Positions 19,090 to 27,865 of a stretch of 64,000 nucleotides of DNA are shown piece by piece; positions within the stretch are counted from its first letter, which is position 1; every line of letters begins with the position of its first letter. The translations under genes were made by a program, and so were the position numbers. Origin of the DNA: Deltaproteobacteria bacterium (GTDB lineage: Bacteria > Desulfobacterota > DSM-4660 > Desulfatiglandales > B25-G16); assembly GCA_020349945.1 (NCBI GenBank), contig CP070704.1, forward strand, positions 748,899-812,898, written 5' to 3'. The notes beneath the pieces are model-generated. The model ran no database searches. It had not been told where the DNA came from and worked only from the letters and a program-made list of their open reading frames with translations.

Positions 19090-19300
19090 CCCGGCACGTG
19101 CGGGGTTGAGATGAACACAGCGTCAAAGCTCCTTGAGCTGGGAGTTCCAAAAGGCGCCCCAGAAAACGCTTCCTGCCCCTGTCGTTCACGAAAATCTTTC
19201 GGCCTTTGATAGGCCGGATCATCATTTGGTGCAGGACACCGGGCGTCTGCCCGCCATCGCGAGCTCAGGCGAGGCGAGCTTGTCTCGGCGTGGCCGCATA
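19090..19300 (-). mobile_element. degraded N-terminal fragment of an IS200-like / REP-associated tyrosine transposase (RAYT-like)
   Basis: Minus-strand translation across three frames gives ...RPRRDKLASPELAMAGRRPV / LHQMMIRPIKGRKIFVNDRGRKRFLGRLLEL / FDAVFISTPHV. This resembles the family pattern RPpR...G..YHV.nRG....IF.dDeDR.rFL.lL.e....AycLM.NHvH. It needs at least two frameshifts and is truncated. Confidence 0.4.
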
Positions 19301-19419
19301 TTCCTCCAGCATCATTCCATACAATCAGCAAGGTGGAAGGATATTATATTGCAGTACTATGCACCCGACCTATTGGTCTTATGTATAGCAATAGTAATCC
19401 AGAAAAGGAGGAACAGATT

Positions 19420-20027
19420 ATGTCAAAGGGGGTTGGTATTGTTGGTGCAGGTGTTACTCCTTTTAAGGGAACCTGGAGGGAGAAGACCTATTATGAATTA
19501 GCTCAGATGGCAACGAGGGAGGCTGCGCTTGATGCCCAGATACAGATAGGGGATGTCGATGCAGCCTTCTACGGAATCTACAATGATATCTTCGAAAGAG
19601 CCGCAATTCCTGAGCATGCCATTCACGGCCTTTTGGGTATGCAAAACAAGTTTGGAATACGGATGACCACAGGAGGGGCAACAGGTGCTTACACGATGTC
19701 AGCCGCTCATGCATACCTTGCAGTTGGCAGGTTTAAGATAGCCTTGGTACTGGGTGTGGAAAAAGCAACTGATTGTTTTGATTTTTCCTCAATGTCAGCC
19801 ACTCCAGAGGTAATTAATAGAGTATCGCCTGGTCCGGTGATAGCTTTTTTGAGCAACCCATCGGCTGGTCCGCCTCCGACAGTTACGCCGAGGTTGTTCT
19901 GGGTTATATGGACGAGCACCCTGGAGACCTGAAACCAGAGATAACCGCCCAGATCTCTGCCCAATTAAGTCAGCAGGTTAAGGGGAATAAATATGCACAA
20001 AAACATGGAATTCAACACAGTTTTTAA
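19420..20027 (+). pseudogene. frameshifted and truncated thiolase (SCP-x/archaeal-type acetyl-CoA acetyltransferase)
   Basis: A good SD (AAAGGAGG) precedes the ATG at 19420. MSKGVGIVGAGVTPF...GVEKATD is thiolase-like. Near ~19850 the similarity moves to another frame (YAEVVLGYMDEHPGDLKPEITAQISAQ...) and ends at 20027, about half of a normal thiolase length. Confidence 0.7.
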
Positions 20028-20189
20028 GTTAGACAGGATGGCTTGATTCCTGAATTTAAGATTCCGCTTATAATATTTCTAATTTTTTAGAGGGCTTGGA
20101 AGAAACAATAAAAAATGTTTCGTTAAAGGCCCTCCGCTTTGGTACCAGAGTACTCATTGCATTAGATATTACTTTTGAGGAGGGATACT

Positions 20190-22145
20190 ATGGCGAAGAT
20201 GCTATGGAAACCATCAGAAGATACGGTCAAAGGCTCTAAGATGTACAAATTCATGCTCTTTATCAACGAGAGATATGGAACTGAGTTTACAGAATACCGT
20301 CCGCTGTACCAATGGTCCATTGATAATATTTCTGAATTCTGGGCCTCCCTTTGGGACTATGCGGATATAAAATACTCAAGGCCCTATGACAGAGTAATAG
20401 ATGACCTCAATAAGATGCCGGGGGCCAAATGGTTCGAGGGTGCACGGCTCAATTTTGCCGAAAACCTTTTGAGATACAGGGATGACCACATGGCCTTCAT
20501 ATTTAGAGGGGAAACCCAAAAATCAGCTACGATGACTTACGCACAACTCTACAACTCCGTGGCACGTCTGGCAAGATCCCTCCGGGAGGCAGGAATTGCC
20601 CCGGGAGATCGAGTAGCCGCCTACATGCCAAATATGATCGAGACGGCTATTGCGATGCTTGCCGCTACCAGTGTTGGCGCCACGTGGGCTTCCTGTGCTA
20701 CTGACATTGGACCAGTGGCGGTCCTAGATCGCCTCGGTCAGATCGAACCCAGAGTGTTGTTCGCTGTTGACGGGTACATTTACAAGGGAAAGGCCTTCGA
20801 TTCCCTTTCCAACGCAGCAGAGATTGCCAAGGACATACCTTCGATTGAAAAGGTGATAGTAGTCTCTTATGTAAAGGAAAAACCCGATATCAGCCAGCTC
20901 CCAAACTCCGTACACTATAATGATTTCGTCTCCAAGGAAGATGGGCTTGACATTGACTTCGAGCAGCTGCCCTTTGATCACCCCGTGTATATTATGTTCT
21001 CTTCAGGGACGACCGGTAAGCCAAAGTGTCTCGTGCAGGGGGCGGGCGGTGTCCTCATCAATCACTTAAAGGAACTGATCCTCCATAGCGATTTAAGGAG
21101 AGACGACGTCCACTTCTTTATCACGACCTGTAGCTGGATGATGTGGAATTGGATGCTCAGCTCCCTGGCGGTAGGAAACAGCCTTATCCTATACGACGGC
21201 AACCCCAATTACCCTGATCCAGATGCGATGTGGCGATTAGTTGAGGATGAAAAGGTGACAATGTTTGGCACGAGTGCGAGCTATATCAATTTCATCAGGA
21301 GCCAGGGACTCAGGCCCGGGAAGGACTACGACCTGTCGTCATTGCGAGAGATATGGCAGACTGGCTCGCCCCTTTCGCCTGAGGGATTTGGGTATGTTTA
21401 CCAGGAAATCAAAAAGGATGTGTGGTTTAACTCCAGCTCTGGCGGCACGGACATCAACGGCTGCTTTTGCACCGGAAGCCCCATCAGTCCTGTGTATGGC
21501 GGAGAGCTGCAGTCCCCTGCTTTAGGCATGAAGATAAATGTATACGATGAGAGAGGCAATCCCGTAGTTGACAAGGAGGGGGAACTCGTCTGTGAGGCAC
21601 CTGCTCCCTCAATGCCCCTTTACTTCTGGAACGATCCGGACAACAAGAAGTATAAAGAGGCCTACTTTGATGTATATGCGAATGTATGGCGGCATGGCGA
21701 TTATGTTAAGATCAACAGTAAAACAGGTGGGCTCATCTTCTATGGTCGCTCAGACGCTGTGCTAAAGCCCTCAGGAGTTCGAATAGGTACAGCCGAGATA
21801 TATAATCAGGTGGAGAGACTAGAGGAGATCGCCGATAGCCTTGCGATAGGGCAAATCTGGAAGGGGGATCAACGCATTGTCCTGTTCGTCAAACCTGCTG
21901 AAGGCTATCAACTGACCGATGATCTGAAAGGCAAGATTAAAAGGACCCTCCGTGAAAAGGCATCACCACGACATGTTCCTGCAAAGATCATCGAAGTCCC
22001 GGATATCCCCTACACTTTGAATATGAAGAAGGTAGAGAGCGCCGTCACGAATATAATACATGGCAGACCGGTCCTCAACAGGGGCGCCTTGATCAACCCT
22101 GAATCGCTGGATTACTATCAAGATATAGCTGAGCTTCAGAGCTGA
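20190..22145 (+). CDS. acetoacetate-CoA ligase (acetoacetyl-CoA synthetase)
   Basis: ~650 aa. MLWKPSEDTVKGSKMYKFM...YQWSIDNISEFWASLWDY is the typical acetoacetyl-CoA synthetase N-terminus, with AMP-binding motif FSSGTTGKPK. The ATG at 20190 follows GAGGAGGG. Confidence 0.9.
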   Translation: MAKMLWKPSEDTVKGSKMYKFMLFINERYGTEFTEYRPLYQWSIDNISEFWASLWDYADIKYSRPYDRVIDDLNKMPGAKWFEGARLNFAENLLRYRDDHMAFIFRGETQKSATMTYAQLYNSVARLARSLREAGIAPGDRVAAYMPNMIETAIAMLAATSVGATWASCATDIGPVAVLDRLGQIEPRVLFAVDGYIYKGKAFDSLSNAAEIAKDIPSIEKVIVVSYVKEKPDISQLPNSVHYNDFVSKEDGLDIDFEQLPFDHPVYIMFSSGTTGKPKCLVQGAGGVLINHLKELILHSDLRRDDVHFFITTCSWMMWNWMLSSLAVGNSLILYDGNPNYPDPDAMWRLVEDEKVTMFGTSASYINFIRSQGLRPGKDYDLSSLREIWQTGSPLSPEGFGYVYQEIKKDVWFNSSSGGTDINGCFCTGSPISPVYGGELQSPALGMKINVYDERGNPVVDKEGELVCEAPAPSMPLYFWNDPDNKKYKEAYFDVYANVWRHGDYVKINSKTGGLIFYGRSDAVLKPSGVRIGTAEIYNQVERLEEIADSLAIGQIWKGDQRIVLFVKPAEGYQLTDDLKGKIKRTLREKASPRHVPAKIIEVPDIPYTLNMKKVESAVTNIIHGRPVLNRGALINPESLDYYQDIAELQS

Positions 22146-22728
22146 TAGACCTCAAACGCAAAAGGATTTATGGATTTAGATTCCGATTCAAAAGGGTGCC
22201 CACCAAACTGGTCCTGCAAGCCGGCTTCAACGGGTTTACCCTCATCTCCTGTGCAGTCACATACTTGCTGGTTAATTCATACCAGTCCGTGCTCGTGGCA
22301 CACGTTGGCAATAGCTTTTTCTAACCCTTCCTCTCGTCAAAATCGTTAATTCTGAGACGAATCCGGAAGCCGATTTTTCTTGATTTCGAAACGCCTTAAA
22401 ATATGCCCACCTTGCTCCTGACAGGGCGTTGTCTGTTCTGTTGGGAACTTAAAAGACCACATCAAATAATCTATCCTGAACTTAGATTAGGGAGTCAATC
22501 TCATTTTTAGTTGAAATTTTGGCGCGGCCCGTGGATTTCAAGATGTATCAAACAGCTCGGACACTATCCCAGTAATCATATGTTTGAATCACTAATAAGC
22601 AGAAAAGAATTAAAACCCCTATTTTTCCAGAACGGCTTAACCTACCCGCCTCAGCAGGACAGCCTGTTTCATCCTCCCATTTTGGGACTTCTTTCCCTCA
22701 AGAATTAATCCACAAGTAAAATGAATAA

Positions 22729-22887
22729 GAAGCCCTCTCCCAATATAGGCTGGCGAAAATAACACCTTTGAATCAGGCGAGGATATCTCTCATCCTTAGT
22801 GGGAAGTGTTTACCAACAGAAAAAGAAACTAAAATCTTGGAGCAATTCTTCAAGCTACCAATAGAAAACCTACTGGAGGAAATATGA
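22729..22887 (+). other. XRE-type HTH-like reading frame lacking a start codon (possible frameshifted small regulator)
   Basis: The frame reads ...LSQYRLAKITPLNQARISLILSGKCLPTEKETKILEQFFKLPIENLLEEI-stop, resembling the second half of an XRE HTH domain. The nearest ATG (22721) is in another frame. Its TGA overlaps the ATG at 22884 (ATGA). Confidence 0.25.
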
Positions 22888-23897
22888 GAGAACAACTCCA
22901 TCTTACGCCTGAAATGAAGCGACTTTTTAACAATGCAGAGATTTTACGAAGACTTGAGGATCTAACCGATAAGACTAGCAGCAAGAAGGAACAGGAAAAA
23001 GACCCGAAGACGTTTCCTCCTGAAGTTGATACCGGCATCAAGCTGTTTCCCAAGGAGCTTATCGAGGCGGTAAGAAGGGAGCGGAGCAAGAGGGTCTATC
23101 GGAAAAGGACAGATGATAAAGTCATAAGGATGGATGATTACCTGCTGCTGGGTTCGGCTCGCTGTTCGCATTGTAATAGAAAGCTCGGCTTACATTCTGA
23201 CCGTGGAGATCCTAAAGAGATAAAATGCTACTATGCCTGCACGGGCAGAAAAGACAAAGACTGTACTTTGCGCTTGATCCGGACTACTGATTTTGATGGG
23301 AAGGTTTGGAGAAGGTTCAGCGAGATAAAGAAAGAGGATCTCCAAGAGGCCATCTTACAGACCTCATACATCTTAGATACTGATGCGGAGTATTTGGACT
23401 CCAGACTTTCCACGGTAGCGCTGGATCTCGAAGAAGTTGAGCTGGAAAGAAAGCGCATGCTCCAACAGCACAGAAAGGGCTACATTGATGACAGGGAACT
23501 TGACAAGGAGATTAAAGGTGTACTAAAGAGAAAGGCCGAATTGGAAGCGGATAGAGAACGTTGTGAAAAAGCACTCTACCGGAGGAAAGACGTTGAGGAC
23601 TCGGTAGAGAGGGCAGTAAATTATCTGGATGATCATATTGACCTCATAGAGCTGCTTGAGCGATATGGTGAAGATCCGAGCATTCATCAAGAGGTTGCGG
23701 AGAGGTTGGATATCCTGAGGGATGTTTATCTTACGGATGAAGAGGTTAGCGAGACGGTCAACAGGTTGAAGAGAAGGTTGATTCAGACATTCATTGATCC
23801 GGAGAAAGGCATACAGATTGAGCATAAGGATCACTTGACTATTCATGGAATAACGGGTGAAGTGCTCGATGGTGAGATTTCAAATAAATCGTCCTGA
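22884..23897 (+). CDS. large serine recombinase C-terminal portion (zinc beta-ribbon + coiled coil); N-terminal catalytic domain absent
   Basis: YLLLGSARCSHCNRKL...CYYACTGRKDKDC zinc-ribbon motif followed by a long coiled-coil-like region. Only ~90 aa precede the ribbon, so the resolvase catalytic domain and most of the recombinase domain are missing. Confidence 0.7.
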   Translation: MREQLHLTPEMKRLFNNAEILRRLEDLTDKTSSKKEQEKDPKTFPPEVDTGIKLFPKELIEAVRRERSKRVYRKRTDDKVIRMDDYLLLGSARCSHCNRKLGLHSDRGDPKEIKCYYACTGRKDKDCTLRLIRTTDFDGKVWRRFSEIKKEDLQEAILQTSYILDTDAEYLDSRLSTVALDLEEVELERKRMLQQHRKGYIDDRELDKEIKGVLKRKAELEADRERCEKALYRRKDVEDSVERAVNYLDDHIDLIELLERYGEDPSIHQEVAERLDILRDVYLTDEEVSETVNRLKRRLIQTFIDPEKGIQIEHKDHLTIHGITGEVLDGEISNKSS

Positions 23898-23911
23898 AGG
23901 AAGAAGGGCAT
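23894..23911 (+). repeat. 18-bp direct repeat CTGAAGGAAGAAGGGCAT (copy 2 of 2)
   Basis: Identical to 10380-10397. Overlaps the recombinase stop codon and precedes the SD of the intact aminotransferase. Confidence 0.9.
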
Positions 23912-23924
23912 AAAGGAGGAAGAG

Positions 23925-25256
23925 ATGGTAACCGGAGATAACTTAGTTGCGGAATACAAGGGAACTCACCCGGGATCACAGAGGTTACATGAACGGGCGG
24001 TGAAGGTATTTGCTGCTCATGGTGCTACCCATACGGTGCGCGTGCTTGATCCCTTTAGGCCTTATTTCACTCATGCTCAGGGTTCGCGAAAATGGGATGT
24101 AGATGGGAACGAATATATAGATTACGTGATGGGACATGGCGGCCTGATATTGGGTCACAGTCATCCTGCAGTGGTACAGGCGGTACAGGAGCAGATGGCC
24201 AAGGGGGCACACTATGGTGAAAGCCACGAGCTGGAACTGAGGTGGGCCGAACTCATAAAGAGTATGATGCCCACAGCAGAAAGAGTAGAGTTCTTTTCTT
24301 GCGGGCAGGAAGCCAATATGATGGCGATAAGGCTAAGCCGAGTCTTTACTGGGAGGAAGAAGATCCTGAGGTTCAAGGAGAATTTCCATGGCTGGGGTGA
24401 TGAATTGGCGCATGAAGGATCAGCCGGTATTGTTGCGGATGAGGTCAACATTATACCGTTTAACGATCTTGTCAAGGTAGAGAGGGAGCTGGCCACGGAG
24501 GAGTATGCCGCCCTTTTGACTGAGGGGGGCGGGGCCTTCGCAGGTGGCCGGGTTCACATAGATACTGACTTCGTTCGGGCGATGCCTGGGCTCGCACACA
24601 AATATGGTACTGTTTGGGTTCTGGATGAGGTAGTCACTGGTTTCCGGGATGCCCCGGGAGGCTGGCAATCTGTAGTAGGTGTCAGGCCTGATTTGACCAC
24701 TCTCGGCAAGTGTGTGAGCGGAGGACTTCCCGGCGGAGCTATAGTGGGTCGAGCTGATATTATGGATGCCTTCGACCCCAAGACCCCCCCTGAGCGACTC
24801 ATCGTACACTCAGGGACTTGGAATGCTAACCCTCTCGTATGTTCAGCCGGCATTGCCGCTTGCGAGCTCTACCAGGATGGTGAACCGCAGAGAAAGGCCG
24901 GTGATTTTGCTGATTACCTTCGGGAGAGAGGGAACAAGGTTCTCAAAGAAAAAGCGATCAATGGTCGTCTCTATAGCAGGACGATAGTGCACCTTTACCT
25001 AGGCCCAATTGACTACGAACCATCTGACGATACTATGCCGCCTACCAAGGATATTGGTAAGATTATGGACCCTGCAAGGCTGCCCGTACGTGCTCGATTA
25101 TGTCTTCACCTGCTTCAGCGGGGCATTGCTACCATGAATGGGGAGATTTTTATCCTTTCAGCGGCACATAGGAAAGAGGATATTGACCAGACAGTACAGG
25201 CACTGAGCGATTCTCTTGATGCTATGATTGCCGAGGGTACCATAGCCCGGCCTTGA
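23925..25256 (+). CDS. class III (PLP-dependent) aminotransferase, glutamate-1-semialdehyde aminomutase-like
   Basis: 443 aa. DYVMGHGGLILGHSHP, VLDEVVTGFR and the PLP-lysine context TLGKCVSGG. Confidence 0.85.
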   Translation: MVTGDNLVAEYKGTHPGSQRLHERAVKVFAAHGATHTVRVLDPFRPYFTHAQGSRKWDVDGNEYIDYVMGHGGLILGHSHPAVVQAVQEQMAKGAHYGESHELELRWAELIKSMMPTAERVEFFSCGQEANMMAIRLSRVFTGRKKILRFKENFHGWGDELAHEGSAGIVADEVNIIPFNDLVKVERELATEEYAALLTEGGGAFAGGRVHIDTDFVRAMPGLAHKYGTVWVLDEVVTGFRDAPGGWQSVVGVRPDLTTLGKCVSGGLPGGAIVGRADIMDAFDPKTPPERLIVHSGTWNANPLVCSAGIAACELYQDGEPQRKAGDFADYLRERGNKVLKEKAINGRLYSRTIVHLYLGPIDYEPSDDTMPPTKDIGKIMDPARLPVRARLCLHLLQRGIATMNGEIFILSAAHRKEDIDQTVQALSDSLDAMIAEGTIARP

Positions 25257-25283
25257 GGGTGAGATAGAGGGTTGCAAAGGAGA

Positions 25284-26375
25284 TCAAGTGGGCTCCCGGA
25301 GGGTCTCAAGCGCTTGCCAGTCAAAGCTGACACCATGTCCGGGCCGATCTGGGGCGATGGCCATCCCATCCTCTATCGTGAGGGGATGGGTAATGAAGCG
25401 TTCAAGCCCGAACCCATGCACCTCCAGGTAGGATGCGTTGGGTACCGCAGCCAGTAGGTGCACATGCAGGTCGTGTACCCCATGGGAAGTAACTGGAAGG
25501 TTATGTGCCTCTGCCACATGGGCTACCTTGAGCCACACGGTGATTCCGCCGCAGTTGGAGACATCCGGTTCGGGAAAGGATACACCGCCCGCCTCGATCA
25601 TGCGTCTGAACTCATACAGCGTGTGCATATTCTCGCCGGTAGCGATAGGGAGCTGTCCCTCTCGGGCAATACGCACATGGCCTGGTACGTCATCTGGGAT
25701 GGTGGGTTCCTCCAACCAAAAGATGTTATGTTCTACCAAGCTGCGTGAGGCTCGAATGGCCTCCTCTACGCTCCATCGCATGTTGGCATCCACCATCAGG
25801 GGGATGTTGTCTCCAATTACCTCACGGATGGCGGCCACCCGGTCCAGATCCTCTCTCAGGCGAGGGAGTCCCACCTTCATTTTGATGGCCTTGAAGCCAG
25901 TTTCGAGATTCATTGCGGTTTGTCGCTGAAGTTCTTCCAGTGTAAAATGCAGATCGATGCCTCCAATATATGCCAAAACGCGAGGGTCATGGCCCCCCAA
26001 GAGGCGCCAGAGCGGCTTGTTTTCCCGACGGGCCTTTAGATCCCACAAGGCGATGTCGATAGCAGATATGGCAAACACGGCCAATCCGCCGCGCCCGACA
26101 TAATGCAATCGCCACCACATGGTCTCCCATAATCGTTCGATGCGATCTTCCTCAGAATCTAGCAGGACAGGTGTGAGTTCGCGCTCAATTAATGAGAGAA
26201 TCGCTGCTCCGCCCATCCCTGTGGTATAGGTGAATCCCACCCCTTCCTCTCCGGAGTTCGTCTCCAGGCGAACCGTGATCAGCTCAAAATTGGTCATTTC
26301 CCCATGAGTGGAGTCGGACAGCGTGACAGGCAGTGGGATGCGATAGAGCCCTGCTTGTATGGAAGAAATCGACAT
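25284..26375 (-). CDS. enolase-superfamily enzyme (mandelate racemase/muconate lactonizing enzyme family, acid-sugar dehydratase-like)
   Basis: 363 aa. KMKVG, MVDANMRW, WLEEP and ATGE blocks typical of the MR/MLE family. Confidence 0.85.
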   Translation of the reverse strand: MSISSIQAGLYRIPLPVTLSDSTHGEMTNFELITVRLETNSGEEGVGFTYTTGMGGAAILSLIERELTPVLLDSEEDRIERLWETMWWRLHYVGRGGLAVFAISAIDIALWDLKARRENKPLWRLLGGHDPRVLAYIGGIDLHFTLEELQRQTAMNLETGFKAIKMKVGLPRLREDLDRVAAIREVIGDNIPLMVDANMRWSVEEAIRASRSLVEHNIFWLEEPTIPDDVPGHVRIAREGQLPIATGENMHTLYEFRRMIEAGGVSFPEPDVSNCGGITVWLKVAHVAEAHNLPVTSHGVHDLHVHLLAAVPNASYLEVHGFGLERFITHPLTIEDGMAIAPDRPGHGVSFDWQALETLREPT

Positions 26376-26693
26376 TGTACCTCGTTATTGAATCATTGTG
26401 TTAGGGTCTAGCGATAAAGGGAGTATAGAGAGATAGAACTTGTGCGTCAAGCAACAATGAGCCTTAATATACAGTATTCAAGAGATCAAGGCTGATGTTA
26501 ACAATCTGACCCAGGCATAAGCTAGTCTAATAGGAAAGGCGGTTTCTGCTTGACATTTATGAGGGTTTGAATTAGCCATGTCCCTATTGGAAGCCAAGAG
26601 GCCTCATTCGACAGATGAGCAGTGACATTTGCTTAAAGATTTCAGCATCATTAACTTATTGGGAACAACACCGAGATAGAGAGGAGTACTGAG

Positions 26694-27836
26694 ATGATTG
26701 ACCTGAACCTGAGTGAGGAGCAGAGGGCACTGCAAAAATTGGCCCGGGATTTTGCTCAGAAGGAGATTGCCCCTGTTGCCTTGCAGTATGACAAAGAACC
26801 TGCCTTCCCGGGCGAAATCATCAAGAAAGCCCATGCTGCAGGCCTGATGAACCTCAGCTGCCCTAAGGAGTATGGCGGGCAGGGGCAGGGGCTGGTCAAC
26901 GCGGCCTTGATTACGGAAGAGCTGAATGTAGGCTGTGTGGCTATTGCCGGGATGATTGGGATCAACTCTCTGGCCTGCGGTCCAATTCTCATTGGCGGAA
27001 GCGATGAACAAAAGCGCCGGTTCCTGATCCCGTTGAACGACGCAGGCAAGACTGCCTCCTTTGGCCTGACCGAGAGGGAGGCAGGATCTGACGCGGGAAG
27101 CCTGAAGACTGTGGCTCGGTCGGCGGGCGATCATTACGTGCTGAGGGGGCAGAAATGCTTTATCACCAACGCCAGTCATGCGGATCTTTACAGCATTTTC
27201 GCCACGCTCGACCCCAGCAAGAGGACCAAGGCCATAACCGCATTTGTTGTCCCTCGTGGATCCCCGGGCCTTTCCGTTGGAAAGGTTGAGGATAAGATGG
27301 GTCAACGTTCTCTGAATGTGGCCGAGGTAAACCTTGATGATGTCGAGGTTCCCCGAGAGAACCGCCTGGGTGAAGAGGGCGAGGGCTTCAAGATCGCCAT
27401 GAAAACTCTCGACGAGGGCCGGGTGAACATTGCCTCTTGCGCTGTGGGACTCTCCCGGGCGGCGTTTCAGGCTGCCCTGGAGTATGCCAAGGAAAGAGTC
27501 CAGTTCGGCAAGCCCATCGGCACCTTTCAGGCCTTGAACTTCATGCTGGCGGATATGGCTGTGGCTGTGGACGCTGCCCGCTTACTCACCTGGTATGCTG
27601 GCTCGATGGCCGATCAGGAAAGGCGGTATAGCAGAGAAGCTGCCCAGGCGAAATTTTTCGCCACGGATGTGGCCGTGCGCGTTACCACAGATGCAGTGCA
27701 AATCTATGGAGGATACGGGTATACCAAAGATTATGCGGTGGAGAAGTATATGCGCGATGCGAAGCTGATGCAGATTTATGAGGGAACCAACCAGGTCAAC
27801 CGGATAGTTGCCGGAGGCGTGCTGATGGGTGGATAG
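26694..27836 (+). CDS. acyl-CoA dehydrogenase (short/medium-chain type)
   Basis: 380 aa. LTEREAGSDAGS, QFGKPIGTFQA and the YEGTNQV catalytic Glu context. Confidence 0.9.
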   Translation: MIDLNLSEEQRALQKLARDFAQKEIAPVALQYDKEPAFPGEIIKKAHAAGLMNLSCPKEYGGQGQGLVNAALITEELNVGCVAIAGMIGINSLACGPILIGGSDEQKRRFLIPLNDAGKTASFGLTEREAGSDAGSLKTVARSAGDHYVLRGQKCFITNASHADLYSIFATLDPSKRTKAITAFVVPRGSPGLSVGKVEDKMGQRSLNVAEVNLDDVEVPRENRLGEEGEGFKIAMKTLDEGRVNIASCAVGLSRAAFQAALEYAKERVQFGKPIGTFQALNFMLADMAVAVDAARLLTWYAGSMADQERRYSREAAQAKFFATDVAVRVTTDAVQIYGGYGYTKDYAVEKYMRDAKLMQIYEGTNQVNRIVAGGVLMGG

Positions 27837-27865
27837 AGTAGATAAGGGCTAAGTCTGCTCTTGAT

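Noticed and set aside
25438-25929. 163-aa plus-strand ORF inside the enolase-superfamily gene
   Set aside because: It is antisense to a gene with clear MR/MLE motifs, and its composition is Ser/Arg/Cys-rich.
26604-27305. 233-aa ORF antisense to the acyl-CoA dehydrogenase gene
   Set aside because: It overlaps the well-supported ACAD frame and its upstream region. No SD and no similarity to anything I recognise.
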